From Malacoraja senta (Eukaryota), in assembly GCA_038087875.1 (NCBI GenBank), contig CM075980.1, positions 14,198,001 through 14,262,000 on the forward strand: a stretch of DNA of 64,000 nt. The letters are read 5' to 3'. This document shows, piece by piece, positions 1-14,924 of the stretch. Below the pieces are notes generated by a model, which saw only the letters and a list, made by a program, of their open reading frames with translations, ran no database searches and was not told the DNA's origin. Each line of letters starts with the position of its first letter. The stretch's first letter is position 1. A program made the translations under genes and the position numbers.

Positions 1-1655
1 TAACCACCACTCGTCACAGTTGACCTCAACTCCATTTATTCGCTTTGCTCCCAGACATTAAATAGAATTACAAAGTATGTCACTTTAAATATTTCAGTTT
101 GCTCAGTGTCCAGTTTAATTGGGAATTTAGTGCATTTTTACTGATCTTCCCATGATAAAGTACATCTGATCTGCTTTGGAAGCAATTAAAACAAATTATG
201 CCCTTCTCTACCTCAACACCAATGCCAGAGCATGGTTTCTCCATTCCATTTTTTCATACTGCTTGATCATTTTAAATACACAAATCAGATATACATTCAA
301 CAAGCAAAAAGTTCCACGAGAGAGGGGAAATTATGAGCCCCTCAAAGTTCTGTGGGTCGCCTGGCACACTGTCAAACACCTGCAGGGCTGCAGTTTTTTT
401 TTATTAGTGCGTTCTGCCTTTCTCTGTGATCATAAGCTAACTTGCAGGCAAGCGGTGGTAAGCTTAATCTTCCACTCACAGGCAATAACTACTCTCCAAC
501 TTCACCAAACTGCTGCTTGAACAATCCACCAACACCATTCATTGAACTGGTGGTTTTGCTGAATTTAGCCTGACTAGATTACTCAAAATTTTTAAACAAT
601 CAAATAATTAAACTGAGAGCACATCCACATCAAGTTATAATCGATGCTTGCATTTTTTTTTAAATTGATTGATGATGTTTTAATGCATGCATATATAATT
701 TAGGTAGAGAGTTACATTTAACTTATTTAAAAACAAAAAATGGAATTGAAAAACCCCCCAATAGATCACATTACCTCGATCATTCAACATTGTTTTGGTA
801 TAAATATTGTGTTTCAAACTGCATCCCTGCCTGGATCTAAAAGTGTAAATAGTCCAGTCCTAGTCCAACCCATTTTGCCCATCTTCATTCTGTTCCAGTT
901 GACCATTGGCTGTTACATTACCACCTTCATTTTCCACTTCACCAATTGTGGAGCATCCTGCTACGTTGTACTGAGCCAATCAGACATAGAGGACCATAGA
1001 ACTGATTACTCATGACAGGTTCCCAAGTTTCATGTCTCACCAAGTTTAAGTCGCCAAAATCAATATGTCATTATCTTAACCTAGGTCTCTAGCTATCTCT
1101 TATTACAATGGTAACAACAAGCCCTTCTTCCCACTATTGAGGCTGTGGATGCCATGCGAGATGTTTTAGAGAATACCAATATTCTTCATCTCACAAGAAC
1201 CAGTTGGCCATTGTCTTGTTGCTTTAATATATCAGGCCTGAGTGCTAGCACAGCCAGGCAACACCCCAGTGAAAATAACTAGAATGGCAACTCGCAACAT
1301 TGTTCCTTATCTAGTAAATATCTAAGTTTAGTATATGATTTCATTGTTATCGATGGCTTCTTGGAAAACATTGGTCCATCAATCAACACCCTGAGATTTA
1401 CGTTTAATTAAGTTGCATCTTCCCCTTATATTTCTTTGGATTCTCCGAGTACTTTACAGGGCACAAATCATCATCTATGTGGCAATCTCCAAAGGCTACC
1501 ACACCGTCACCTCAAATAACACCATTTAATAAACCTGTTGCCTTGAATCATTATTGGAATCCCATACCAAAAACTAGTGTCAGAATTCAATCACAAGAAT
1601 AATAATCACTTCTCGCATAAAAGCCCAATAACCCCGCACTCCTCCCAGAATCTTA

Positions 1656-1886
<231 letters not shown>

Positions 1887-3304
1887 CTAAATTTGTCGAT
1901 TTTAAAGGGAACCATTTTAGGGTAGATAGGAGCTTCGCTATCCAACAAGAAACAGAGTAAGCTTAAATTAATATTTTTCTGGTTCACTAGATGTAATAAG
2001 TGGCCATAGAGTAATAAAATACTAAAATAAGAAAACACGCACTTCAGTCCGACTTGTCCACCCTGACCTGGATGCCCATCTCCCTTAATCCTATTTTTCT
2101 GCATTTGGTCCATTCCTTTCCTATCCATGTTACCTGCCTAATGCTTTTTCAAAACTGTGACTGTATCTGTCCCTGCCACCTTCTCTGGCAGCTTGTTCGA
2201 TACACCACCACCATGTGTGTGGATAAACCTGCCCCTTGGTACCCTTTAAACTTTACCCCTCTCCCCTTTGCCCTATCTAGTTTTAGACTTCCCCACCTTT
2301 GGAAAAAGACTATGCCTATCAACCTTTATCTATACCCCTCATAATTATCTAAACTTTTGTAAGATCACCCCTTAGCTCTCATTTGCATTCCAACAAGAAC
2401 AATTTGTCTTTCAAATCTGCAATGGTATGGCATGGGTTCAGTGTAGGGGGCACACTTTTTGTAAATGATGGACGAAGTCATGCACAGTCTGAATGCTAAA
2501 TTTGCTGATGACACAAAGATAGATCAGAAACTAAGTAGTTAGGATGACATATATAGGATAATAATGGATACAGATAGATTAAGTTGATGGGTGAAAATCT
2601 GGCAAATGGAGAATATGAGAAGTTGTCCATTTTTGGCAGGGAAAAAAACTAAATGGTGAGAGATTATAGACCTCTGAAATACAAGCCATTGTCTATTCAC
2701 TCACCCAAAGCATGTGACAGAAAGCACTTCATACCTAATATCTGAAAACCACAGGCTCTCTATCAAGGGTTGCCAGACTGTTATAGTGGTAGCACTATTG
2801 GTAGCACCAGTGGTAGCTTTTGATCAATTGAATTCAATCTCTGATTTCATCTCTTGTACTGGACTGCTTCTAACTCGTCTTCCCGAACTTGTCTCTGCTT
2901 CAGCTCTGCTTCACCTAAACTTCTGCACCAAAACATTATGGATTATAACCATTCCCAACCCCTTTCTGTAAGGACTAGCTTATTTTTTGGAGTTCTTCTG
3001 AGTTCATCACATTTTTTCTGAAAATTCCATTGCAGTGCCCAGAGGCATTACCTTGCCTAGGATTAAGTGTATCGGCTCAATTTCCGATGCTTCCATCCTG
3101 ATGCGCACACATCAACACCAAGCATCTCATCTCAGAAAGTATTTCCATCACATCTTTGCTTCTCAGCATACAATTACTTTTGAAACACTTTAGCTAGTTT
3201 TTTCCAACTCTTCAAGTTTCATCACATTCTGACACTTGCAATCACAACACAATCAACTAAAGCAAGCTTTTAAGCCCCTTTTAATATATTTCTGCTGTCG
3301 TTAC

Positions 3305-3437
3305 CTGGGGCTCCTCAGTTGCCATTCGACACATTTCCTCTGGATCCAACTCCACAGGGTCATATCCCAGTTTAGCCTTGGCTGCAGCCTTCAAGTTCTG
3401 ACTTCCCACAGGCAGGTAACTGTCTCGTTTCACCCAT
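3305..3437 (-). CDS. POLE: POLE exon 13 ([44 protein letters not shown])
   Basis: 133 bp, AG/GT boundaries, protein match. Confidence 0.97.
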
Positions 3438-4849
3438 CTGAGATGAAGAGAGCATCCAAAATAATGACATTCAGTCCAACCCAAGTTAAGATAGAAACAG
3501 AAACCACTGTCATATAATAATGAGCAAAGAATACAGGCAAGCTCAAGCATTTGTTCACAGCATTCACTGGAGCAGCAGTTCCCATTCCATTGGTGTTCTT
3601 GCATTGGTCATTCTCAGATTTCTACACCAATTTAGTCCTAAACAAGTCCACTTTAGGAAGTCTGGTCAAGAGTTTCATTTATCTGTACAACTTGTATTTA
3701 TACTAGTACCTTAACATTGCAAAACACACTGAGTATTTGTAAACAGGTATTAGGGTAAATGATCAACAACTCTCAAAGTTTTATAAAACAGTCATAAAAG
3801 TAGGAAAGAGCAGGGAATTTAAGACGTTCAACAGCTAAAGGCATTGCTGCCATTTGCGCAGCAATTCAAATCAGAGATGATACCAGGCATGATTTTGCTC
3901 AGGTATCAAGGTGTTGGAGCTCCATCTTGTGGATCACGAATTTGTGAACTGTGTTTGCACCTGTTTAGAAATTACATTCAGTATGCTGCTGAGGGCTGCT
4001 GGTTTCGATGATGCCACTGGTTTATTGGTTTAGGTGCAAGCTAGATGTTCTGCCTCATGCATTGGCCAATCTTCTAGACAGTCTCAGAACACAAATTTTA
4101 ATAATTACTTTAGCTGGGTATTAGGCTTCAGTAACTGGAATTTGTAAATAAACTGCTTGCTCTCTCAGAAATCCACATAATGATTTAGAATGATTGTCAT
4201 TATGTTGGCTTCATTTGAGCATTATACAGTTATTTTACTACTACTTAGTCACAAAGGAGAATACGATTTGCTTGGCAAAGTTGCCATACTTACTGCTGTT
4301 CAACAGCTTGGTGGGTGATCACACATCCGTCTCAAAGAGTGTCATTGAATGACAATGCTAATTGTGGCTTTCCCCTCTACATTTGATAATAGCCCTTTGG
4401 ACTACTTGGACACATCTCTCCACAAAACTATGTATTTTGGGGGTAGGATTGGGGTTATAAGGAGGTACCAGAATGCAGTCTGCAAACTAAATTCTATAGA
4501 TATGTGTTGGCTTCCATTACCACCTACCAGGACCTCAGTAATCCTTTGTTCTACAAACAAGATGTGAACTGCGATGATAGTTGTAGTGTTTCTTAAGTCT
4601 TTCATCGTTCTGACACATGGTAGTTTGAAGAAGTCGTTCACAACTCCATGATAGTATTTTGGGAAGTGTGCAAATGAATTAGTTCCTACAACTTTCCTCG
4701 GCTTAGATACATAGAAAATAGGTGCAGGAGTAGGCCATTCGGCCCTTCGAGCCAGCAACGCCATTCAATGTGATCAAAGGTTGTATGTCAGCAGCCAGCA
4801 TTTCATTTTTGGTTGTGCATTTCCATACTTTTGGTACACTAGGCAGATT

Positions 4850-7070
4850 GATACATTTTTTTCCCTATACAGCTGATCACGCATTCCACTCTATGTACAT
4901 TTAGCCTTCAAATTTGTCCCGGAGTAATTGTTCCTCCACCATTTTGAATGATGATTCTGGATCCAGTCAGCCAAATACAATTTTTCCATGAGAAGACATC
5001 TTGAACTGATCAATGACACCTTAGTGCTGATTATGTTCATTTCATCTTTTGAAGCCATTCTTGAATCCTTCTTCATAGAGCATCTGCAACTGCTCATCTT
5101 TGTCAGCCTTCACTGTAATCTTTGTTAGTTTTGTTGTCACGTTAACAAAATGACCTATCTACCAATCCGGATCTCTTTTGTCTCAAGACATCAGTGATGG
5201 CAAGTAAGCTAGCGTATCTATTGAAATTAAATATTCATTTCAAAGTGAAATCATAATCCCCGAGCCTCAAGATAAAGTTTTGCAGTCTTCTGGTCACCCT
5301 CTTTTGTACATTTGCTCTAGCAGTTTATACTTCCATCATGAATTCATTTCTGCAGGGATGTGTGGAAATTCTAAAACTATATATGACCTTATATTTCTGC
5401 AACATGAGAACTTACGATTTGAATCCTATCAACATGGTTGCTTGCACATTGACTGCTCCCATGCTTTGAGGCATCTACCTGTGAACCTACATTCGTCTAT
5501 TGCAGTACATTTAGTTTGCCTCAGGCACATCATGTCCTTACATTTGTTAATGAAATAATTTACTGATCAGGACACAGTGCTGGTCAGGCAGCTTCTTTGG
5601 AGAACATGGATGGGAGAGTTTCAGGTTGAGACGCTTCTTTAGACACTTTTATCAATTTTTTATTAACCAGCATCTGCAGTTTTTTATTTCTATAATTTAC
5701 ATCACATTTGTGCTAGTGCTTTAGTATTTTCATCTCAGCGATTTACATCTCACTGATCATTTTCTAGGCCTGGCCCTTCTGACTCTTCCCAAAAGTTTGA
5801 AAAAATGGCAATTGTGAACTTTGACATCCCCTCAAGATCAGGGTGTTATCCACTGATCTCTTGTATCTTTTTAGTCTCATCTATGAAATATGCCCTGGAT
5901 TACTCCAAGGCAAACAAGTGGACCTTATTTCTTATATCGTCCAAATAATGTGTTACATGTTGTAACATTGAAGATTTCTCACCAGTTCAAATTCCAATAA
6001 CCATTCCTGACATAAATTTTGCTGAAACCTTTAATATTTGCCTGTGCGGTAACAATTTTTACCAGATTTGAGGGTGGGTAGCTTATCGTATTAGTAGTTT
6101 ACATATTCAAGTTTGTGAATCTCAGCATTTCTTTAACTATTCACTTGGCTTCTCTCCCCCACACACTGGAGTTTATCCTGTGAATAGGTTGAGTGACTTT
6201 GATTATATCTCTTTAAGCTCCATTCCTTTCCAAGCATTCTTTTCAATTTGCCTGGTATATTGTTAAGGAGTGGGAAAACACTTGTTTAATTTAGGATGTT
6301 GATGATATGCAAGGTTCAAAGCAACTAAAGGCTTCATCAAAATACTCTTGGTATATTTGGCTAAGGACTATTTTGCTTCTTCTTGAAGGGAACTTGTCAA
6401 TGAGCATAAGGATTTCATTTCCCAATACTGTCTTCAATATTCTTCACATCCAGCTTCCCAGATTATTTCACCTGTGATGTAGAACAGACTGTTAACATTG
6501 TATACGATGGTCTTTTGGTACAATCCGAGTAACATAATGTTAAAGGAGGCTCCATATCCATTGTGAACTTGGTTGTGGCTTGGTTCGTTGGATTGTTGTG
6601 TGGATATCATTTCACTGGAAACTGCGATATGCATTTGTACAGTTCCAATGTTTAGAGTTTCCTCAAATTCTATTGTCTTTGAAATGGAAACTTTGACCAT
6701 TTCTTTTCCGTTCGTCCTTTTAATGTTTGCACTTTTCATTTACACATCTTCTTCCAATAGTTGAGTTTTCTACATGATTTGCAGTTTGTAAATATATATG
6801 ACCATCTTTTCTGTAGACTTATGGCCACCTACAGGTTATAGAACTTTCTTGCAGTCTGGCTTTCCTTTCTTTTGATTCTCTTGTATACCTGCATTATCTC
6901 AACTTCATTTTCCAGCTCAGATGAAAAGTTCTGCTGTGCCGTCAACATCTACAACTGTTTACGTGGACATGGCTTGTGATAAATGAGCTCCTCTTTCCTG
7001 ATCAAAGTTCATTGCAAAGGTAACTCAGTCCCAAGTGAGTTGATCAACCAATCCCATATACAGCGACATC
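4850..7070 (-). mobile_element. Old, heavily decayed LINE (RTE-like)
   Basis: Scattered endonuclease/RT-like remnants; limits approximate. Confidence 0.35.
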
Positions 7071-7523
7071 ATCATGTGTTCCAGAAAACAAAGGAATGTA
7101 AATTTGCTTTCATATTTTAACATTCTGATAATTATCCACAAAGTTATTGTTCCCTCAGTTCGTCAAGTGCTTGAACTGTACAATCATCATGGTCACCTTT
7201 TACAAACACAGTATTCTCAATTACCATTCTTGCTATTCCCAGAGTTATATTTCTGATACTGAGACACTGCTCACAAAAATATTAGAGATTAAAACTATTA
7301 GAGATTAAAAATATTAGAGATCTTTAAACCTAGGCTACAATTTTGATTGAAGTCAATGCATAAGGAATGGGCTACTTTAAGCAACATTAAAGCATGCAAA
7401 TAAGTCTTTGGGAAAAAAAAATCATTTCAATTATGCTGACTGTCAATAAAGGGAAATTCATTCAGTCTTACGAAACAACTTTAATCGTTCTTTAATTACA
7501 GTTAAAGAGCCCAAATCACGTAC

Positions 7524-7643
7524 CTGTAGCAGTCCATGTGAATGCTTTGACTGGCTTTGAATTCACCCTGACTATCCTTCTGAAAGCCAATCTCTTGGTA
7601 CATGTTCAATCCATGCACCGCTGCTCGTGTCTCAACAAAAGGC
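7524..7643 (-). CDS. POLE: POLE exon 12 ([39 protein letters not shown])
   Basis: 120 bp, AG/GT boundaries, protein match. Confidence 0.96.
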
Positions 7644-7974
7644 CTGGAAAACAGACAAAATTACAATTCTGATACCTCTTTTTCTCTCCTGGTGCAAAAG
7701 AGATCAATGCATTTTGCGTTAACCAATGCTGCACCTGACATGATGTGGCAATAAAAATAGAACTGTGAGAAATAAAATAGAATACTGCACTATATCCAGA
7801 TTGGCTGCTAATAGAAACTTAATTATCATAGTCCATTGTTACAACAAATTCTGGCTATCTCCATTATTATTTAATGAAAGGCAATTTGCTTCTCAAATCA
7901 TTAAAATAGTGATTGCTATGTTATTTCACAATCTTCTTTGAACCAGGGCGACTCAATGTCTAGATGCAAGAGTG

Positions 7975-8945
7975 TCAATAGACAATAGGTGCAGGAGTAG
8001 GCCATTCGGCCCTTCGAGCCAGCACCGCCATTCAATGTGATCATGGCTGATCATCCCCAATCAGTACCCCATTCCTGCCTTTTCCCCATATCACCTGACT
8101 ATCTTTAAGAGCCCTATCCAGCTCTCTCTTGAAAGCATCCAGAGAACCTGCCTCCACCGCCCTCTGAGGCAGAGAATTCCACACACTCACAACTCTCTGT
8201 GAGAAAAAGTGTTTCCTCTTCTCCGTTCTAAATGGCTTACCCCTTATTGTTAAACTATGGCCCCTGGTTCTGGACTCCCCCAACATCGGGAACATGTTTC
8301 ATGCCTCCAGCGTGTCCAAACCCTTAACAATCTTATATGTTTCAATAAGATCCCCTCTCATCCTTCTAAACTCAAGAGGGTACAAGCCCAGCTGCTTCAT
8401 TCTCTCAGCATATGACAGTCCCGCCATCCCGGGAATTAACCTTGTAAACCTACGCTGCACTCCCTCAATAGCAAGAATGTCCTTCCTCAAATTAGGGGAC
8501 CAAAACTGCACACAATACTCAAGGTGTGGTCTCACTAGGGCTCTGTACAACTGCAGAAGGACCTCTTTGCTCCTATACTCGACTCCTCTTGTTATAAAGG
8601 CCAACATGCCATTCGCTTACTTCACTGCCTGCTGTACCTGCATGCTTACTTTCATAGACTGATGAACAAGGACCCCCAGATCCCCTGTACTTCCCCTTTT
8701 CCCAACTTAACGCCATTTAGATAGTAATCTGCCTTCCTGTTTTTGCTACCAAAGTGGATAACCTCACATTTCTCTACATTAAACGTAATCTGCCATGCAT
8801 CCGCCCACTCCCCCAACCTGTCCAAGTCACCCTGCATTCTCATAGCATCCTCCTCATAGTTCACACTGCCACCCAGCTTTGTGTCATCTGCAAATTTGCT
8901 AATGTTACTTTGAATCCCTTCATCCAAATCATTGATGTCAATATC
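7975..8945 (-). mobile_element. CR1 LINE 3' fragment
   Basis: SKFADDTKLGG, LVRPHLEYCVQFWSP, RVVSVWNSLP; frameshifted. Confidence 0.92.
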
Positions 8946-9095
8946 TAAGAAGACAAAATAAGGCGAACTCTAATGCAGAGTTGCAAAAGGCCAGACATCT
9001 TAAATCACTAGGCATACGTGAAAAAAATCAATTGTTCCAGAATCTAAAGTTGCATTAACAGTGACTGCATTATGATTAATAAACAAATCACTCAC

Positions 9096-9181
9096 CAATC
9101 AAAAGAGTCACCATTATATGTCACAAATATGTTAGGTTTACTTTCTTGGACGTGATCAAACCATCTGCGAATTAAGCTTGC
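9096..9181 (-). CDS. POLE: POLE exon 11, Exo II motif (ASLIRRWFDHVQESKPNIFVTYNGDSFDW)
   Basis: 86 bp, hand translation, gtgagt donor. Confidence 0.95.
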
Positions 9182-9315
9182 CTAAACCAAAATAGAAGGT
9201 AAAAGATCAGTGACAACATTTACAAAAACAAGTCTTTTTATTGAGACTTTAGCAAAGTATAGCCAACAGAAAATGTACCTTTGAAATCTGTACCTTTGAA
9301 TTGAGAGGCCATTCT

Positions 9316-9580
9316 CAAATAATAATAATAATAATAATAATTCATTTTATTTACTGGCGCCTTTCTAAAACCCAAGGACACCTTACAAGGCATAGAATCA
9401 CAAAAATACAAAACACATAATCGGAATAAATTAAATATAAAAACACCACAGTACACAAATCAAGGACAGAATTCAATTTCAAAAGCACAAAAAGAAAATA
9501 AGAAACACAATTTGAGGAGAGAGCAGCGGCGACCAATTCGCGCCAGCGTCCACTCTCCCCTCCGACCGCCATCTTGCACA
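9316..9580 (-). mobile_element. SINE-like element with L2-type 3' tail and (TTA)n end
   Basis: GC-rich head caagatggcgg; tail gtgtccttgggttttagaaaggcgcc...aaataaaatgaa(tta)n. Confidence 0.55.
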
Positions 9581-9664
9581 CAGACTAACAGGCACATTGT
9601 ACAGCTCAACTTGCTAAAAGCACCAAATCGTTCAACATAAATCTTAAAAATAGCAGATTAATCA

Positions 9665-9823
<159 letters not shown>

Positions 9824-10563
9824 TTACATATTTAGGTAAATTGAAATTGCACATTAATATGATGCAGCTAATAAAATTCCAACAACATGCATTTTCTGAT
9901 ATATAAACAACATCAATATGAGAAATATTCTACATGTTATGAGCATAAGAATGGGATTAGGTTTATTATTATCACATGCACAGAGGTACAGTGATAAGCT
10001 TTTTCACAAAGAGAATGGCGAGAGCATTAATATAGGGAGGAAAGTGGGGAACTGAGCCCAACCAACTCAAGCTACAGCTGACAACTTTGGAGGAATGATT
10101 CGGAGATCAAAGTTGGAAAAAAAATAGAATTATATCTAAAGCTGTCCACAATAAAAGATTTGCACTATTGGAGTGACGATAAAGGAATATTAAATCATTA
10201 TATTACTGGGAGGTAAACAAAAAAGTTACAGGGTTGGTGGCTGAGTGGGTCTTGGTGTGGGATAGATTATATCAGAAGATTGAATAAGTGGAGGATGGGA
10301 ATTGTCTAAGATGGGGGTCAAAGAGAATGATTTCCATCGTTCCAAACCTTAACTGGACTCCAATCACAATGGAATATTCACTATTCAATATTCTGACTGT
10401 TGGACAGAGATTAATCTGTCTTTTCCTAATTTTATTATTATTCAGTATATTTTCCAAGGCACATTGCAGAGTTGATATCAAATTTAAGGAAAATGCAACA
10501 ATGTTTTCTAAAGATTCTATAAAATAATCTTCTTATTCTAAATGTTAATATTGTCAGTTATCA

Positions 10564-10890
<327 letters not shown>

Positions 10891-11088
10891 CTATCACTGA
10901 GGCTTTATTGGCAGTTCTTGGTCTGGGGATAACCACACATTTACAATTAATCTGTATCATATCAGTGAGAAGAAAAACAACTTGTTCCAAAAACCTGTTG
11001 GTGGTTTATTAAAAATAAATAACATGGTTAATTGATGGTAGAATTAACTGTGAAATCGGATTAAACCATGTAGTTATCCATTACTTAC

Positions 11089-11169
11089 TGGTCGTTCAAC
11101 TAAGTCATCCCTACGCACAATTTCAGGAGGATAAATGCCACCATGGATTCGAATGTTGTACCAATGTGC
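11089..11169 (-). CDS. POLE: POLE exon 8 ([27 protein letters not shown])
   Basis: 81 bp, hand translation, gtaagt donor. Confidence 0.95.
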
Positions 11170-11396
11170 CTAGAAAGAAAGAATAATGAAAACCCATAAG
11201 AAACATGAACAGCATAGGCCTTCTGGCTATCCGTCAACTCCCACCATTTCGCAAGATCATGGCTGTCTTCTGCTGCAAAAAAGTACCAGATCACCTTAAT
11301 ATTCAGAAAATATAAATGAATAGCTTTTATTAAATGCAATGAGATTGAAACTGCAGAAAATGGACCATATTATAGAACAACTTGAATACAATGATG

Positions 11397-11511
11397 TTTA
11401 AGAAAGAACTACAGATGCTAGAAAAATCAAAGGTAGACAAAAATGCTGGAGAAACTCAGCGGGTGAGGTGCTGCCTTACACGCTGAGTTTCTCCAGCATT
11501 TTTGTCTACTT
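11397..11511. mobile_element. Palindromic Penelope-derived short element with 15-bp TSD
   Basis: Internal hairpin; ttgaatacaatgatg at 11382-11396 and 11512-11526. Confidence 0.75.
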
Positions 11512-11978
11512 TTGAATACAATGATGATAACTTTTCATCACAGCCACCTTTAATAGCTTAGGCTACAATTTCAGAGAACTCACCAGCAAAATATGTGTAA
11601 CTATTCCAAATAATCTGTCTGAAGATTAAAAGACTACTGCAGTCTTAACCTTAAATGTACATTCAGGCCACGTATACTCAAGTTCCATTAATATTGCAAT
11701 GGAGCTTCAGCTACAGATATTCTTTCACACAGCTCCTCGCCAATCAGCGATCAAACTGGAGGGTCAGAATAGTGGATACATAACCAGCTAACCCCTTGAT
11801 TGGAAAAGGCACAAGATCCAGAAATACACCAGCAATGGATTGGATGCAATAGAATTGGGAGCAATTATGAACCAGGTTAGGTTTCAGATTTAATTAACAG
11901 CATCCATTATCACAGAGAAAGACTTGACATCATTGGTCAAATGCATAACAACGATCTACATACAATCGGTGTGCTCAC

Positions 11979-12117
11979 CACTTGAATCTTCAGATCAATG
12001 GATACTCGGACATGATAAGGTACATCGTATTCTCGAATGTCAATAATATTTTCCATTTGATCAGAAATTTTTTTTGATGTTTCTTCCACTTCTGTCACAT
12101 TACCTCCGGCCAAGGCA
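11979..12117 (-). CDS. POLE: POLE exon 7 (ALAGGNV...[20 protein letters not shown])
   Basis: Protein match; tag acceptor, gtgagc donor. Confidence 0.95.
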
Positions 12118-14388
12118 CTACAATGAAAATAAATATCTTTGAACATATGAATAAATGCCATATACTCCTATATAGTGCAACTAAAATTGACAAAAACAAA
12201 CTTATTTTCAACAATGTACTAAAGAATTATACATAAACCAGAAAATGTATCCCTGATATGTGACCAAGATGAGACACCAGCAATTTCTGATCTTGGTGTG
12301 CAACATTCATCCCGATTCTCTGGCCTCTTAGTAATTGGGATACGAGGGGTTTCAACTGGGCAGGTCTCTTTCAGAGGAAAAACAAGAAAAAAAATCTTGA
12401 AGTTTTGGAACCTTTGGATAGAAAAACACTTGTGCTTAATATTTTTCCACTTTTAAAAGTGTTAAAATTGTGCTTGCTGCAAACCAGCGGTGACATAAGT
12501 TTAACTTCTTTAGATTGAAACATGGGAACAAATCTATTACTGCTTCCAATTCCACCATTTCTTACGGAGTTTAACTAATTTAAGTAAATAACAAAATATT
12601 TTACATTTACACTAAAGATTTAAAAGTTTGTTTAAAAAAATGTTGACAGTTCCAAATAAAATTCTGCTATTTATTTTAAAATTGCTTTTCTACTGTTTCA
12701 ACCTGACATTTTGTTCTTGCATAAACAAAAGTTTAGGTAAGTAGCAAATGTTATTAAAAGAAAGGCAGATCTTCCAACACGTTGTTGATATTTTTCACAA
12801 ATCACTTACGACCTTATAAATACTTGCAATTTATTAGAGACACTGAGCCAACAGTTAATGTTGGCAATTACCATCCAGTTAATTAGCTTTTTAAAAATCA
12901 TAAACTAATACAACTAGCCAATATTTCACTAATCACCGGTTAAACATTAGTCTCAATCAGTTCTTGGGACAAGATATTCCAGAGTCCATGGTTTGACATG
13001 CAAGAAACTTCATTGAACATCATTTCTCATTTATACAATTTTACACTAATCATCTCTCAACATTGACTATGAAGTTCTGTCTGATATTAGGGCACCCAGA
13101 ACAATCCAGAGTACTTTAACAGTTGTCTGGTCAATATTTTAAAGCATTACTCATTCATTTTAATTCTCATTTATGATTTTCCACATTCTTATTTTCTCAT
13201 ACTTTCTTTTCTTTCCCCGTGCTCGTCGACATGTACACAAGCACACCAGGTTAATTTGAAAGACAATGCGACTCATTCTCTCACCATTTAGTCTACTGGT
13301 TCCCCTCATCTAATTGGCTTGTAATATCAAAAAAATATGCCGCATTTATCTCTCAATCTTATTCTTTTCAAGTGGCCAAGTTTAAGTTTATTGTCATCTG
13401 CACGAGTACGGCGAGGTACAGGTGCAATGAATAACCTTGCTTGCTGCCAGAGGCTCACACAATCAAACAATTCACAAAGAAACAAATTACACATAAACAG
13501 CAAATAACATTCTATAAGAAAGACAACTGTGCAAACAAAGACATTAGTGCAAAAACATAAATAGAAAATAATACAAGTGCAAGAGGTAGACCGTAATGTT
13601 CCATTGTCAAAGCAGAATTAGGGTTAGATTCACAGCCAGAGTCAGAATCAAACAGCATGGAGCAGGCTCAACTTGGCCATAACAACCAAGATGCCCCAAC
13701 TAAGCTACTCCCATTTGCTTACATTTAGTCCATATCCCTTGGAACCTTTCCTCTCCATGTGCATATCCAAATGACTTTTAAATGTTATTATTGCATGTGC
13801 CCCAACTACGTCCTCTGGCAATTTAGAGACATGGAAGTGTCAGCACTTTAAAGCTCAAGAAAATCTACTCAAGCTTTAAAATGTTTGTACATTCATATTC
13901 AAAATTAAATGAAAATATTCTAATGTACAGAAGTTTGAAAATGCATACTTCAAATTTTAAGGACATTTTTCCCAGCTGCAATCAGGCAACCAAACTGTCC
14001 TCTCATGAGCTAGAGTGCAGTCCTAACTTCCCATCTACTTCATTGGAGATGTGTGAACTATCTTTAAATCAGACTTTATCTTGCACTGAATGTTGTGCCC
14101 TTTATCTGTGCTCTGTGGGCGTTTTGAGTGTAACCATGTATAGTCTTTTCTTGGCTGGATAGCACGCAAACAAATAATAAACTAAATTAAACAAAACCTG
14201 TAAACAAGAACACTTAACATGTTGAAAGTTATCCTGTCAATCCTGACTCCATTATAAACTTGCAAATATCACAAGTATTATTGTTCACAAGCTTTCTAAA
14301 CAATATGAAAGTTGCAGAACATGGGAAGCCAACAACAGTAGCATTTTAATGACACAAACAATACAAAGACCACTTATTATGGAAATAC

Positions 14389-14543
14389 CTGGACAACATA
14401 ACTGTATAGGCATCATTGGATTTCTCCCTCTCTTTGTTTTTCCTCACTGATGGAGAAATTTCCTTCCGAACTTTTAGCAGATCATCAATCGTGTTAAAGG
14501 CAAGCTTAATGTAGAGTCTCTTCAAGCCAACTAGGTGGTTAGG
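14389..14543 (-). CDS. POLE: POLE exon 6 ([18 protein letters not shown]...DAYTVMLS)
   Basis: 155 bp, AG/GT boundaries; follows a 94-bp intron. Confidence 0.96.
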
Positions 14544-14637
14544 CTGCAGAATAAATATATTTAATGATAATGTTACACCATCCAAACATTTTTTTTGGTG
14601 ATGGTGGAAAAAACAACAGAAAAAGCAGTAATCTTAC

Positions 14638-14730
14638 CAAATCCAAGTCTTCTTTCGGAATGGTTGTTATCTTACTTAATTTGCCTTGAAATTTCTTGGA
14701 CAAGAATGACGAAACCTCTCGCTCACACCC
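14638..14730 (-). CDS. POLE: POLE exon 5 ([31 protein letters not shown])
   Basis: 93 bp, translated by hand (absent from ORF track), AG/GT boundaries. Confidence 0.95.
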
Positions 14731-14924
14731 CTGTTTTATTTTTAAAAAGTTCCATTGTTATTTCTATTGTAACTTACTCAGCTTTTTATTTGTTTTGAAT
14801 AACCTTTTAAAACAATTACATATCTCACAATGAAGGTAATAATTGTTCTTAAATAATAATGATTTGGACGGCAAATATTTTGTAAACAGTTTATCCAAAG
14901 CAGTTTATTCTCAACAGGGGCACC

